32,000 bases of DNA from an uncultured archaeon (GTDB taxonomy: Archaea; Asgardarchaeota; Jordiarchaeia; Jordiarchaeales; Jordiarchaeaceae), in contig CAZECW010000196.1 of assembly GCA_964510585.1 (NCBI GenBank), positions 23,685 to 55,684 of the forward strand, read 5' to 3'. The position numbers were made by a program, and so were the translations under genes. Shown one piece after another: positions 1 to 7,677 of the stretch. How positions within the stretch are numbered: position 1 is the first letter of the stretch; each line of letters begins with the position of its first letter. The notes beneath the pieces were generated by a model. The model was given only the letters and a program-made list of their open reading frames with translations. It searched no databases and was not told where the DNA came from.

Positions 1-370
1 GTATGTTACGCTCGAAGCCGCTGTGAGAGAGTTGGGGATAAAGAGAGTTGTTCTTGATTCCGTATCTGTGCTATTCTTACAATATCCCAATACTGGTGTG
101 ATACGCAGAGAACTGAATATTATCTCCAGCATGCTGCGAAAGAACAAGTGTACCTCCATATTTGTAACTGAGACTGGTAGCGAACCAAGTGCTATCACTC
201 GTTTTGGGGTGGAAGAATATCTAGCAAATGGAGTTATAGTACTATACTGGGAAGCTGAAGGTGATAAAAGGAATAGGTATATTGAAGTTTTCAAGATGAG
301 GGGCACAGCTCACTATATGGGTAGGAGGAGACTTTCCATCACCAACGATGGCATTAGCGTAATCTACTAG
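1..370 (+). CDS. KaiC/RAD55-like RecA-superfamily ATPase, C-terminal part (5' end lies outside the window)
   Basis: The frame is open from base 2 (YVTLEAAVRE...). Motifs: Walker B VVLDS, GVEEYLANGVIVL, and arginine-finger FKMRGT, all typical of archaeal KaiC-like proteins. Confidence 0.9.
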   Translation, partial: YVTLEAAVRELGIKRVVLDSVSVLFLQYPNTGVIRRELNIISSMLRKNKCTSIFVTETGSEPSAITRFGVEEYLANGVIVLYWEAEGDKRNRYIEVFKMRGTAHYMGRRRLSITNDGISVIY

Positions 371-384
371 GAGACATTGTGCCC

Positions 385-1551
385 ATGTTAAAAACAAACA
401 TTCCCTTTTTTGACAAAAAAATTGGAGGAATTCCGGAAAGCAAAAAAATCGTGTTCATGGTAGCGCCAGAAATAGACCCCTCAATAATAGGTCTGCATTT
501 CGCAAAGGTAGGTTTGGACAATGGATACCGTATAATGTATGTGGTTAACAACAAGTTTCCCGACGCTGTGAGGAAAAAGGCCAAAGCCTTGGGTTGGGCA
601 ACTGACCCTTTTGAGAAAGAAGGCTCCTTCATCTTAGTAGATGCCTACTGCGGATACAGTGGTATAGATAGTAAAGAAAAGTTTGTCACAAATCCCTACG
701 ATGCTGAGGAAACCCGAGAAAAATTATCCCAGTTATCATCTGCAAAAACCGTTGTGATCTTTGACTCAATAAGTAGCTTCATAGATATGCATGGGAATGG
801 AGTAGAAGAGATTCTGAATCTAATTGGTTGCCTTCGTGAAGCCATTGTTATTGGACTCTTCTCCCTATGGACGTACCAGCCAGAGCAAGTTGGTAAGATC
901 AACGAATTTTTTGAAGGTGTTTTCGAAATTAAACCCAGTAAAAAGCTCTTCTACATTAGGGAATCCCTTTACATAAAAAAGGTGACATGGACTAATAATG
1001 CAGGTTTTGAAATTCCAGTAAGGATACTAATTCCTGGGGGATTAAGAGTATACATACCAAAAATTGTAGTGACCGGAGCCTACCACGCGGGAAAAACAAC
1101 CTTCCTCCATGCAGTAGCCGATGAAGCGATAAGCGTAGATCGTATGGGAACAACGGTAGCTCTCGACTATGGAAAATTGGATTATCGAGGGTTCTACATA
1201 GAATTCTTTGGAACCCCTGGCCAGCCACAGTTTGATCCTCTGGTGGAAATGATAGCTAGGGAAGCCATGGGATTAATTCTAATAGTGGATAGTAGTGATG
1301 TGGGAACTTTTGAGAGAGCCAGAATCCTTTTTGAGAAGTGCGGAGGTTACAACTTACCCTCCGTAATAGCGGCAAACAAGCAGGATCTCAAAGAAGCCCT
1401 ACCTCCTCTAAGTGTTCAGGAGAAGTTGGCTCTTCCCTTAAGAATACCGGTGATAGGTTGCAGTGCGAAGACCAAAAATAACTTAACTCTGGTGATTGAT
1501 GTTCTCCTCGATATCATTTTGTTTGGAGGAATTAGAATTGAGAATGGGTGA
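385..1551 (+). CDS. Fusion of a degenerate KaiC-like domain (N-terminal) and an MglA/CvnD-like small GTPase (C-terminal)
   Basis: The N-terminus LKTNIPFFDKKIGGIP...IFDSIS is KaiC-like, but Walker A has decayed to VAPEIDPS. The C-terminus has G1 GAYHAGKTT, G2 GTT, G3 FGTPGQ, G4 NKQD and G5 CSAK. ATG is at 385; the ORF track begins at GTG 379. Confidence 0.88.
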   Translation: MLKTNIPFFDKKIGGIPESKKIVFMVAPEIDPSIIGLHFAKVGLDNGYRIMYVVNNKFPDAVRKKAKALGWATDPFEKEGSFILVDAYCGYSGIDSKEKFVTNPYDAEETREKLSQLSSAKTVVIFDSISSFIDMHGNGVEEILNLIGCLREAIVIGLFSLWTYQPEQVGKINEFFEGVFEIKPSKKLFYIRESLYIKKVTWTNNAGFEIPVRILIPGGLRVYIPKIVVTGAYHAGKTTFLHAVADEAISVDRMGTTVALDYGKLDYRGFYIEFFGTPGQPQFDPLVEMIAREAMGLILIVDSSDVGTFERARILFEKCGGYNLPSVIAANKQDLKEALPPLSVQEKLALPLRIPVIGCSAKTKNNLTLVIDVLLDIILFGGIRIENG

Positions 1552-1906
1552 CACAGGAGAGTTGGATAGGGTTTTGGCCAGCTTACAAAACATTTCAGAT
1601 GTGGATGGCGCTGCTGTAGTAACCAGAAATGGTATACTGATAACTAGCAGCCTTCCACAGGACGTCGATGGACAAAAATTTGCGGCTATGGCTGCGTCTT
1701 TAGTTGGTGCGTCGGAAACAGTGGCAGCTTTACTAAAGTCATTCATGAAAAGAGCAATAATAGAAGTGGAAAGGGGGAAATTGCTAGCCTTAGGTGCAGG
1801 ACCCAAAGCGATTCTTATTGTATTACTCAATGATAGGGCGGATGTCGAAAGTCTATTAAGAGAAATAGAACCTCGCCGAAAAGACATTATGAAAATATTT
1901 AAATAA
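1544..1906 (+). CDS. Roadblock/LC7 (MglB-like) domain protein
   Basis: DVDGAAVVTRNGILITS...FAAMAASLVGASE...IIEVERGKLL is the roadblock pattern. It overlaps the GTPase stop. GGAGGA at 1525-1530 supports a start at TTG 1538 or ATG 1544 rather than 1496. Confidence 0.9.
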   Translation: MGDTGELDRVLASLQNISDVDGAAVVTRNGILITSSLPQDVDGQKFAAMAASLVGASETVAALLKSFMKRAIIEVERGKLLALGAGPKAILIVLLNDRADVESLLREIEPRRKDIMKIFK

Positions 1907-2037
1907 TCACTAAATTTTATTTTACAAAACTCAAGTTTACTAACAAAAGATTAACTTTTTAATTTATAGAGTATTGCTATCTTGTTGCGGAGCTTAAGAA
2001 ATAATTGGAAGGGCTTTATTGGAAGGAGTGACTTTAC

Positions 2038-2763
2038 TTGTCAGAGCGGGAAAAAGAAAAGAGAATACCCACAGGAATACGGGGCTTAGATGAATTGCTA
2101 AATAGTGGTTTGCGTCCGGGTTCTCTCTGCATAATTATGGGTGAGCCGCTCTGCGGAAAAGAGGTTCTAGCGAAGGAATTCTTTTATCGGGGTCTCGAGA
2201 GGGGAGAGGCGGGTATTTATGTTACTACGAATAATTTTGCTGAAGACATATTTAGTGAAATGGAAGATTTCGGCTGGTCTCTAATTCCTTATGGTGACGA
2301 GGAAAAAGTTGCATACAAAATAATTGATACCTATACTCAAACAGTGAACCCCCATGTGGAAGACACAAAAACAGTCATGTATGTTCCTGCCGCAACTGAC
2401 TTAGCGGGACTAAGCTCAAAAATAGTGGAAGCAATAACTATTTTGACTGAGAATTTTAAAAGGCTGAGAATGGTCTTAGACTCCCTATCAAGCATCATTA
2501 CTTTTACCACCGATGCTGCTGCCATTAGGTTTCTCTCCTTCCTCAAAGCGCGAATACGGCTGGTTAAGGGATTATTTGTTGCCCTTCTAGAATCCGAACT
2601 AACTGAGAAGAGTGTAATGATGCAAATATTGCAACTAGCAGACGTTATAATCGAAATTAAAGGTAACAAGCTACACGTGAGGCAAAGCGGAAAAGCGGCG
2701 ACAATGGGAGAATTTAAAATAACCGAGAAAGGAATGGAAATACGCCTAGCAAAGTCAGAGTAA
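2038..2763 (+). CDS. Single-domain KaiC/RAD55-like ATPase with degenerate motifs
   Basis: RIPTGIRGLDELLNSG, Walker A GEPLCGKE (E at the usual S/T position), Walker B VLDSLS, and no KMRG arginine finger. TTG start preceded by GGAAGGAG. Confidence 0.88.
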   Translation: MSEREKEKRIPTGIRGLDELLNSGLRPGSLCIIMGEPLCGKEVLAKEFFYRGLERGEAGIYVTTNNFAEDIFSEMEDFGWSLIPYGDEEKVAYKIIDTYTQTVNPHVEDTKTVMYVPAATDLAGLSSKIVEAITILTENFKRLRMVLDSLSSIITFTTDAAAIRFLSFLKARIRLVKGLFVALLESELTEKSVMMQILQLADVIIEIKGNKLHVRQSGKAATMGEFKITEKGMEIRLAKSE

Positions 2764-3078
2764 ACCGCTCACCATATAACTATTCTAATTTTAAACCAAG
2801 AATTGGTAAACACCAAAATTGAAACAATTAATACCCTGATTTGTTCCTATTTCACTCTGTTCACAAGATTACGGCTGATACTATATGATGTATTCCAGAG
2901 GGAAAACAATGATTCTCCAAAAAAGGCGGGTGGTAGCTGGGAATGTGAACCAAGAACTCGTAGAATCTAACTTGGGAAATGTGAAAAAATCATTAATTTT
3001 TTAGTGAAATTTAGAATAGAAAAAAAATATAATGAACCAGACTAATATTCTAATATGATTATTTGTGGAGGAAGAACT

Positions 3079-3225
3079 ATGAGTGAGTGTCCTAGATGTA
3101 AGGGGAAATCTATAAACTTGGGGCAAGTCACGGTAGCAATTGGTAAAACTAGGGGCAAAAGAGTGAATGTAAATGAATGTGTTGATTGCAAGCTTCTCTT
3201 CTATGAAGCATTGGAGGAAGAGTAG
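3079..3225 (+). CDS. 48-aa Zn-ribbon microprotein (CxxC...CxxC), absent from the ORF track
   Basis: Hand translation gives MSECPRCKGKSINLGQVTVAIGKTRGKRVNVNECVDCKLLFYEALEEE*. GGAGG at 3067-3071 lies upstream of the ATG. Confidence 0.8.
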   Translation: MSECPRCKGKSINLGQVTVAIGKTRGKRVNVNECVDCKLLFYEALEEE

Positions 3226-3285
3226 AAAAATAAAATAACAACCCCTGACCTTTTTATTTTTTGAGAATAATGGGAGCAAATTCCT

Positions 3286-3577
3286 ATGATATTTCTAAGG
3301 GTCGAAAAACTGGAAGATTTTCTATATCTCCTCGACAGACGAGTAGAGGACGAAGTCTACATCGAAATCGATCCTGGGAAAGATGAGTCTACAAAGAAAC
3401 AAAAAGTTTGCCTAAGCTTTTTCGGCAAAATTGACCAAATGATGATACTTCACCAGATAGTACTGGAAACCAAAAAGAACGCCAGAGAAATCATAGAGAC
3501 CTTGGGAGAGACATTCAAAAAAATATAACGTAAGACTAATAGAGGGAAGAATAAGAGAAATAATGTTAAGCCTCTAA
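3286..3577 (+). pseudogene. Hypothetical protein of about 96 aa interrupted by an apparent frameshift in an A7 run (or an 80-aa CDS ending at 3528)
   Basis: The frame stops at TAA 3526-3528, just after A7 (3517-3523). Removing one A gives ...FKKYNVRLIEGRIREIMLSL*, ending at 3577. Confidence 0.5.
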
Positions 3578-3700
3578 AAACATTTCTACTAATCCCCAAA
3601 ATTGGCTGAAAAATGAGATAAATTTATACCTATTTTCACAATTGCTTGCCCCTCTACTTTTCGAAACCGCTATCATTGCGGAGTTGCCTTTTATTTAAAG

Positions 3701-3715
3701 ATAAAAGTTATAAAT
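3701..3715 (+). promoter_or_regulatory. Putative BRE + TATA box for the LbH membrane-protein gene
   Basis: ATAAAAG followed by TTATAAAT, about 50 nt upstream of the TTG start at 3764. Confidence 0.45.
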
Positions 3716-3763
3716 GTAGTTACGCTTTCTCTTTGACTATGAGTTGTGAATGGAGGTAAGTGT

Positions 3764-4669
3764 TTGTCCAGCGGGAAAAATCTTAGCGCTGAAGAGGAAA
3801 TTGAGATTAAAGGTGTCATTAAAGAGCATAGACTCGGCAAATACGGCGGGCAGTGGCTGGCTATTCATCATACAGCCTTTATTGTGCTGCCCACTTTACC
3901 TGCGTTTATCGTAACAATAATGATTTTTCTATTGCTTCTGAAAATTGTGGATTGGTTTTTCGCCTCGCCCTATCTAGGTATGCCTTTTCTGTGGCCGATT
4001 CTGGGATATCCACAGATAACAGTGACGGGAATAAGAGGAGTTTGGCAGGATAGCCTATTGGCATGGGCCTTCATATTTACCTTCACACCCCTATTCTACG
4101 TAGTTATAAAATTCTTCTACTTCTTGTTTATGCTTCCACTAGCAAAATTGTGGGTAAAACCAGTACCTGAGGGCAGGTACCCCTACACCCCCAACCACCC
4201 CGTAGTAAGACAGTGGATACTAAACGCTATGATAACAGGCACCTTCCAAAACTATTATAAGGAAACACCCTGGGGCAGCGCCGCATTGTCGCGACTAATG
4301 TACAAAGCTTTAGGATGCAAGATTGGAAAAAACGTTCTTCCAACCGTCATTGTTGACCCCCCTCTGACAGAGATTGGCGATAACACAGTTCTGGGAGCAT
4401 ACGCATTAATAGCCGCCCACGCCATAGAAGGAGACACTCTATTCATAGCCAGAACCAAGATAGGCAAAAATTGTGTAATTGGCACGAGAGCTCTGATATG
4501 GCCCGGTGCAACTTTGGAAGACCACGTGACAGTAGGATCTTACAGTATGGTAACGCGGGGTAAGGTATTGCCCAGTCACACAGTGTGGATGGGGCAGCCA
4601 GCCGTGATGGTCAAGGATCTTAGAGAGAAGAAGGAACAATCTAAAACTAGCTCCAAAAAAAGCGATTAA
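3764..4669 (+). CDS. Membrane protein with a C-terminal left-handed beta-helix (hexapeptide-repeat) acyltransferase-like domain
   Basis: Two hydrophobic segments are followed by YKALGCKIGKNV, TEIGDNTVLG, TKIGKNCVIG, ATLEDHVTVG and WMGQPA. GGAGGT at 3752-3757 supports TTG 3764. Confidence 0.8.
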   Translation: MSSGKNLSAEEEIEIKGVIKEHRLGKYGGQWLAIHHTAFIVLPTLPAFIVTIMIFLLLLKIVDWFFASPYLGMPFLWPILGYPQITVTGIRGVWQDSLLAWAFIFTFTPLFYVVIKFFYFLFMLPLAKLWVKPVPEGRYPYTPNHPVVRQWILNAMITGTFQNYYKETPWGSAALSRLMYKALGCKIGKNVLPTVIVDPPLTEIGDNTVLGAYALIAAHAIEGDTLFIARTKIGKNCVIGTRALIWPGATLEDHVTVGSYSMVTRGKVLPSHTVWMGQPAVMVKDLREKKEQSKTSSKKSD

Positions 4670-4870
4670 CACCTTAAAACCCGCCGCGGATATTCGCCAA
4701 CTCATTTCTCTATACCTAATTTTATTTTACAAAGATTATTTACTTTTCCGCGTTTTTTATAAATTTGAAAAACGTTTGAAGAAAAATATAAATAAATCAA
4801 TACAATGAAGTACTCCCCGTTTTCTAAATCCTTCCAGAGTATCAAGTGGCAACCTGTATTGGGGATCTCC

Positions 4871-5074
4871 ATGTCTAAGCTACGAGAGAATAAACTGAAC
4901 GAAAATTTTACACTCGAAGATCTTTATTCATTCATGGAACAGCTGGAGGAAGCCTACTGTTCAATGCTTCGTGGGAAGGACGAAAAGAGCGATGAAGACT
5001 TGGAACTGCTGAACAACCTCTATAACTCAATTGTGGAACTCAGAAACTTCATAAAGATAAAAAATTCCAGATAA
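4871..5074 (+). CDS. Small helical hypothetical protein (paralogue A)
   Basis: Aligns by eye with the next ORF (FMEQLEEAY...DEDLELLNNL vs FLEQVQETY...TDDLILLNNL). ATG 4871 is preferred; the track start is 4805. Confidence 0.7.
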   Translation: MSKLRENKLNENFTLEDLYSFMEQLEEAYCSMLRGKDEKSDEDLELLNNLYNSIVELRNFIKIKNSR

Positions 5075-5210
5075 CTCTCCCAACTACTCCTCTTTTTATT
5101 TTTAGATTGGGTAACATTAAGATACTTCTTTGCGTATTTCGCAGATTTTACATAACTAAATAATAATCTCCCTTATATGATATCCTATCCAAATTAGCGG
5201 GGCTTTCGTT

Positions 5211-5441
5211 TTGGCAAGCGAAGCTTTACTTGATGAGGAGGATATCCAAACATTCCTGGAACAAGTTCAAGAAACTTACAAAACCCTACTCAGAACAAAG
5301 GAACACAAAACGACGGACGACTTAATTCTCCTAAATAACCTCTGCCGCTCAATGATAAGGTTAAAATTTTTATTGGAAAGAAAGAGAAACCAAAATTCAT
5401 TATCTTCCCATAATTCACAAAAAAATAACCCAGAAGACTGA
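5211..5441 (+). CDS. Small helical hypothetical protein (paralogue B)
   Basis: Similar to the upstream ORF. TTG start preceded by GCGGGG. Confidence 0.7.
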   Translation: MASEALLDEEDIQTFLEQVQETYKTLLRTKEHKTTDDLILLNNLCRSMIRLKFLLERKRNQNSLSSHNSQKNNPED

Positions 5442-6236
5442 GAATTAACAATTTCTTTTAGCTTCTTTACCAAAATTTAGCACGGGTATGGGGTATTTTA
5501 AAATTTTATTCTGGGCTACGAACAGGTGGTTAGGTTTCGTTTCACCCCGCTTTTTCTAGGAGCTTCCTCACTGGCGTAATTGAACTTAAAATACTACTGG
5601 CAAGCAAAAATAGGGAGTCATAAACATTTTTGTGTGGATATTCCCAGAAGTTGTGGTTCAACTAAGGCCGTGGGGAAGGACATCTTTGAACCGTTAAGTT
5701 CAGAGGAGCGGCTGAACCTTTTATCAGTGCCACTCCGGTCAATGAGATTGAATTGGTTCCATTTAGGTTTATAAGCCCTAAAAGAAAAAGAAAAGGCACT
5801 TAAAGGATAAAGTGTAGGGGAGCTTCCCTTGTTTTTAGGGCTTCCACTTCTGTTTTTCGACCTTTTTCATTTTGGGTTTTGGCTTTTGCCTGCCTGTTTT
5901 CTCAACAATTTTTCTCATAAATCAATTCTAAACATTACAAAAAGATTTTATATAGAAAGAAAATTGTATGCGCGGAGATCTAATAGTAAGAACGTCGCGG
6001 GCTATTCTCTATCGGTGTCAGCCAGTGTTCCTCACAAACACGCCTAAAAAGTAAGGCAGTTTCGTCCATCACAGGTTTAATGGTCACATTCTGCGCTTAA
6101 CCAAAAAGGAGTTAGCAGGGCTAAAAGAAGTTGATGATGAATAATCAAAAACCGAGAAAACAGTTTAAACTCTGAACATTTAATGGTTAGTGTAATAAAA
6201 ATTATTTTGTTAATGGAAAAATTGGAGGATTCAAAT

Positions 6237-6782
6237 TTGGTTGAGGCATCATCGGAAATGAATAGTAGTTTCCGCAGCGAAATTACCGCAACCCACGAAG
6301 GAGAATCACTGAATTTCTGCTACCAGTGCTCGACTTGCTCCGGCTGTTGCCCAGTGTTCAGATACAACCCTAATTTCAACCCTCGGAGAATCATTGAAAA
6401 CACTTTGCTGGGGAGGAGGGATCGCACAGTAGATAGTCCCACCATCTGGTTCTGCACAGTGTGTCACACCTGCACTGAGAAGTGTCCTCAAGGGGTTAAG
6501 GTTTCAGAAATTATCATCGAGCTTAAAAACCTTTCAAGCAAAAAAGGCCTATTCCCAATACACCTCCAAGAAGAAGCAAAGACACTTTTAGAATTTGGAA
6601 TGGTCAGCCCGAGTAGCAAGGCTATTATGTCCCGCAGGGAAAAACTAGGTCTGCCCGTGGTTGAGAATGCACCTCCTGAAGAGATAAGAACATTAACAAG
6701 CTATACTGGTTTCGATAAACTAGTGGCGGGTAAGAAGCCTATGGAAGGAGAAGTACAAAAGAAAGGAGCGATTGGAGAATGA
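6237..6782 (+). CDS. hdrC: Heterodisulfide reductase subunit C (2x[4Fe-4S])
   Basis: CYQCSTCSGCCP and WFCTVCHTCTEKCPQGV. GGAGG at 6224-6228 supports TTG 6237 (track start 6183). The stop overlaps the hdrB start (ATGA). Confidence 0.92.
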   Translation: MVEASSEMNSSFRSEITATHEGESLNFCYQCSTCSGCCPVFRYNPNFNPRRIIENTLLGRRDRTVDSPTIWFCTVCHTCTEKCPQGVKVSEIIIELKNLSSKKGLFPIHLQEEAKTLLEFGMVSPSSKAIMSRREKLGLPVVENAPPEEIRTLTSYTGFDKLVAGKKPMEGEVQKKGAIGE

Positions 6783-7666
6783 GTCGAAATTACGCATTGT
6801 TTCTTGGTTGCACCATACCAAACCGTTTGCCTCACCTTGAGGTGGCAACTAGACTGATACTTAAGAGTTTAGACGTGAATGCGAAGGACTTGCCAGGATT
6901 TTCTTGCTGTCCCGATCCTGTGGGTTTCTCCGCATTGGACAGATTTACTTGGATTGTATTGGCCTCCAGAAACTTGGCTGTAGCTGAAGAACAGGGATTG
7001 GACATTTTAACGCTCTGCAGTGGGTGTTTTGAAACTTTAAAAACTGCAAACTATGTGCTTAAGCATGATGGAGAGTATAAAAATAAGGTTAATGAGGCCC
7101 TAGCCAAGGTGGGCAAAGAGTATAAGGGTAGTGTTGAGGTTAGGCATCTTCTCCAAGTATTGTATGAGGATGTGGGTCCTAAAAAGATTGAGTCTACAGT
7201 TAAGAAGCCTTTGACTGGAATAAAGGTAGCTGTTCATTATGGTTGCCACGTTCTCAGACCAAGTGAAATAGTTCAGGTAGACGATCCGTTCAATCCTACC
7301 TACTTTGAGGGAATAGTAAAGGCAACTGGTGCTACGCCTGTTGATTACGAGAAAAAGTTCCTATGTTGCGGAGTGGGCGTCAGATCCGTGGATGAAGCCA
7401 CCACTAATAGGATGATAGAAGAAAAACTTAGATACGTTAGGTTATCGGGTGCTGACCTTCTCTGTGTAATTTGTCCCTTCTGCCTGATTCAGTACGACAT
7501 TGGACAGTTCCAAATCAATAAGGCTCTGTGTACAGACTATAACATTCCCGTTTTCTACTACCCTCAACTATTAGCCTTGGCTCAAGGTGTCTCAGCTGAC
7601 GAACTGAACTTTAAGTTCCAAAGAATAAAGCCTGACGCGGTTCTTGAAAAAATAGAAAAATTGTAG
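6779..7666 (+). CDS. hdrB: Heterodisulfide reductase subunit B (two CCG domains)
   Basis: FLGC...SCCP...CSGC and HYGCH...CCG...CPFC...QYD, ending in PVFYYPQLLALAQG. Confidence 0.95.
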   Translation: MSRNYALFLGCTIPNRLPHLEVATRLILKSLDVNAKDLPGFSCCPDPVGFSALDRFTWIVLASRNLAVAEEQGLDILTLCSGCFETLKTANYVLKHDGEYKNKVNEALAKVGKEYKGSVEVRHLLQVLYEDVGPKKIESTVKKPLTGIKVAVHYGCHVLRPSEIVQVDDPFNPTYFEGIVKATGATPVDYEKKFLCCGVGVRSVDEATTNRMIEEKLRYVRLSGADLLCVICPFCLIQYDIGQFQINKALCTDYNIPVFYYPQLLALAQGVSADELNFKFQRIKPDAVLEKIEKL

Positions 7667-7677
7667 AGGCGGTTACC

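Noticed and set aside
3001-3279. 92-aa minus-strand ORF
   Set aside because: Low-complexity translation. The + strand Zn-ribbon gene with an RBS explains the region better.
5580-6047. ORF-track ORFs 5580-5774 and 5829-6047
   Set aside because: No RBS or motifs. The second mostly translates T-tracts, so both are probably spurious, although a decayed gene cannot be excluded.
6058-6075. Minus-strand CTGTGATGGACGAAAC resembling a hammerhead ribozyme core
   Set aside because: The CUGANGA core is imperfect, and stem II and the flanking stems cannot be formed.
6134-6175. C/D-box sRNA-like pattern (ATGATGA...CCGA...CTGA)
   Set aside because: There is no recognisable C' box, the spacing is too short, and the guides would be poly-A-like. 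It overlaps the likely hdrC promoter.
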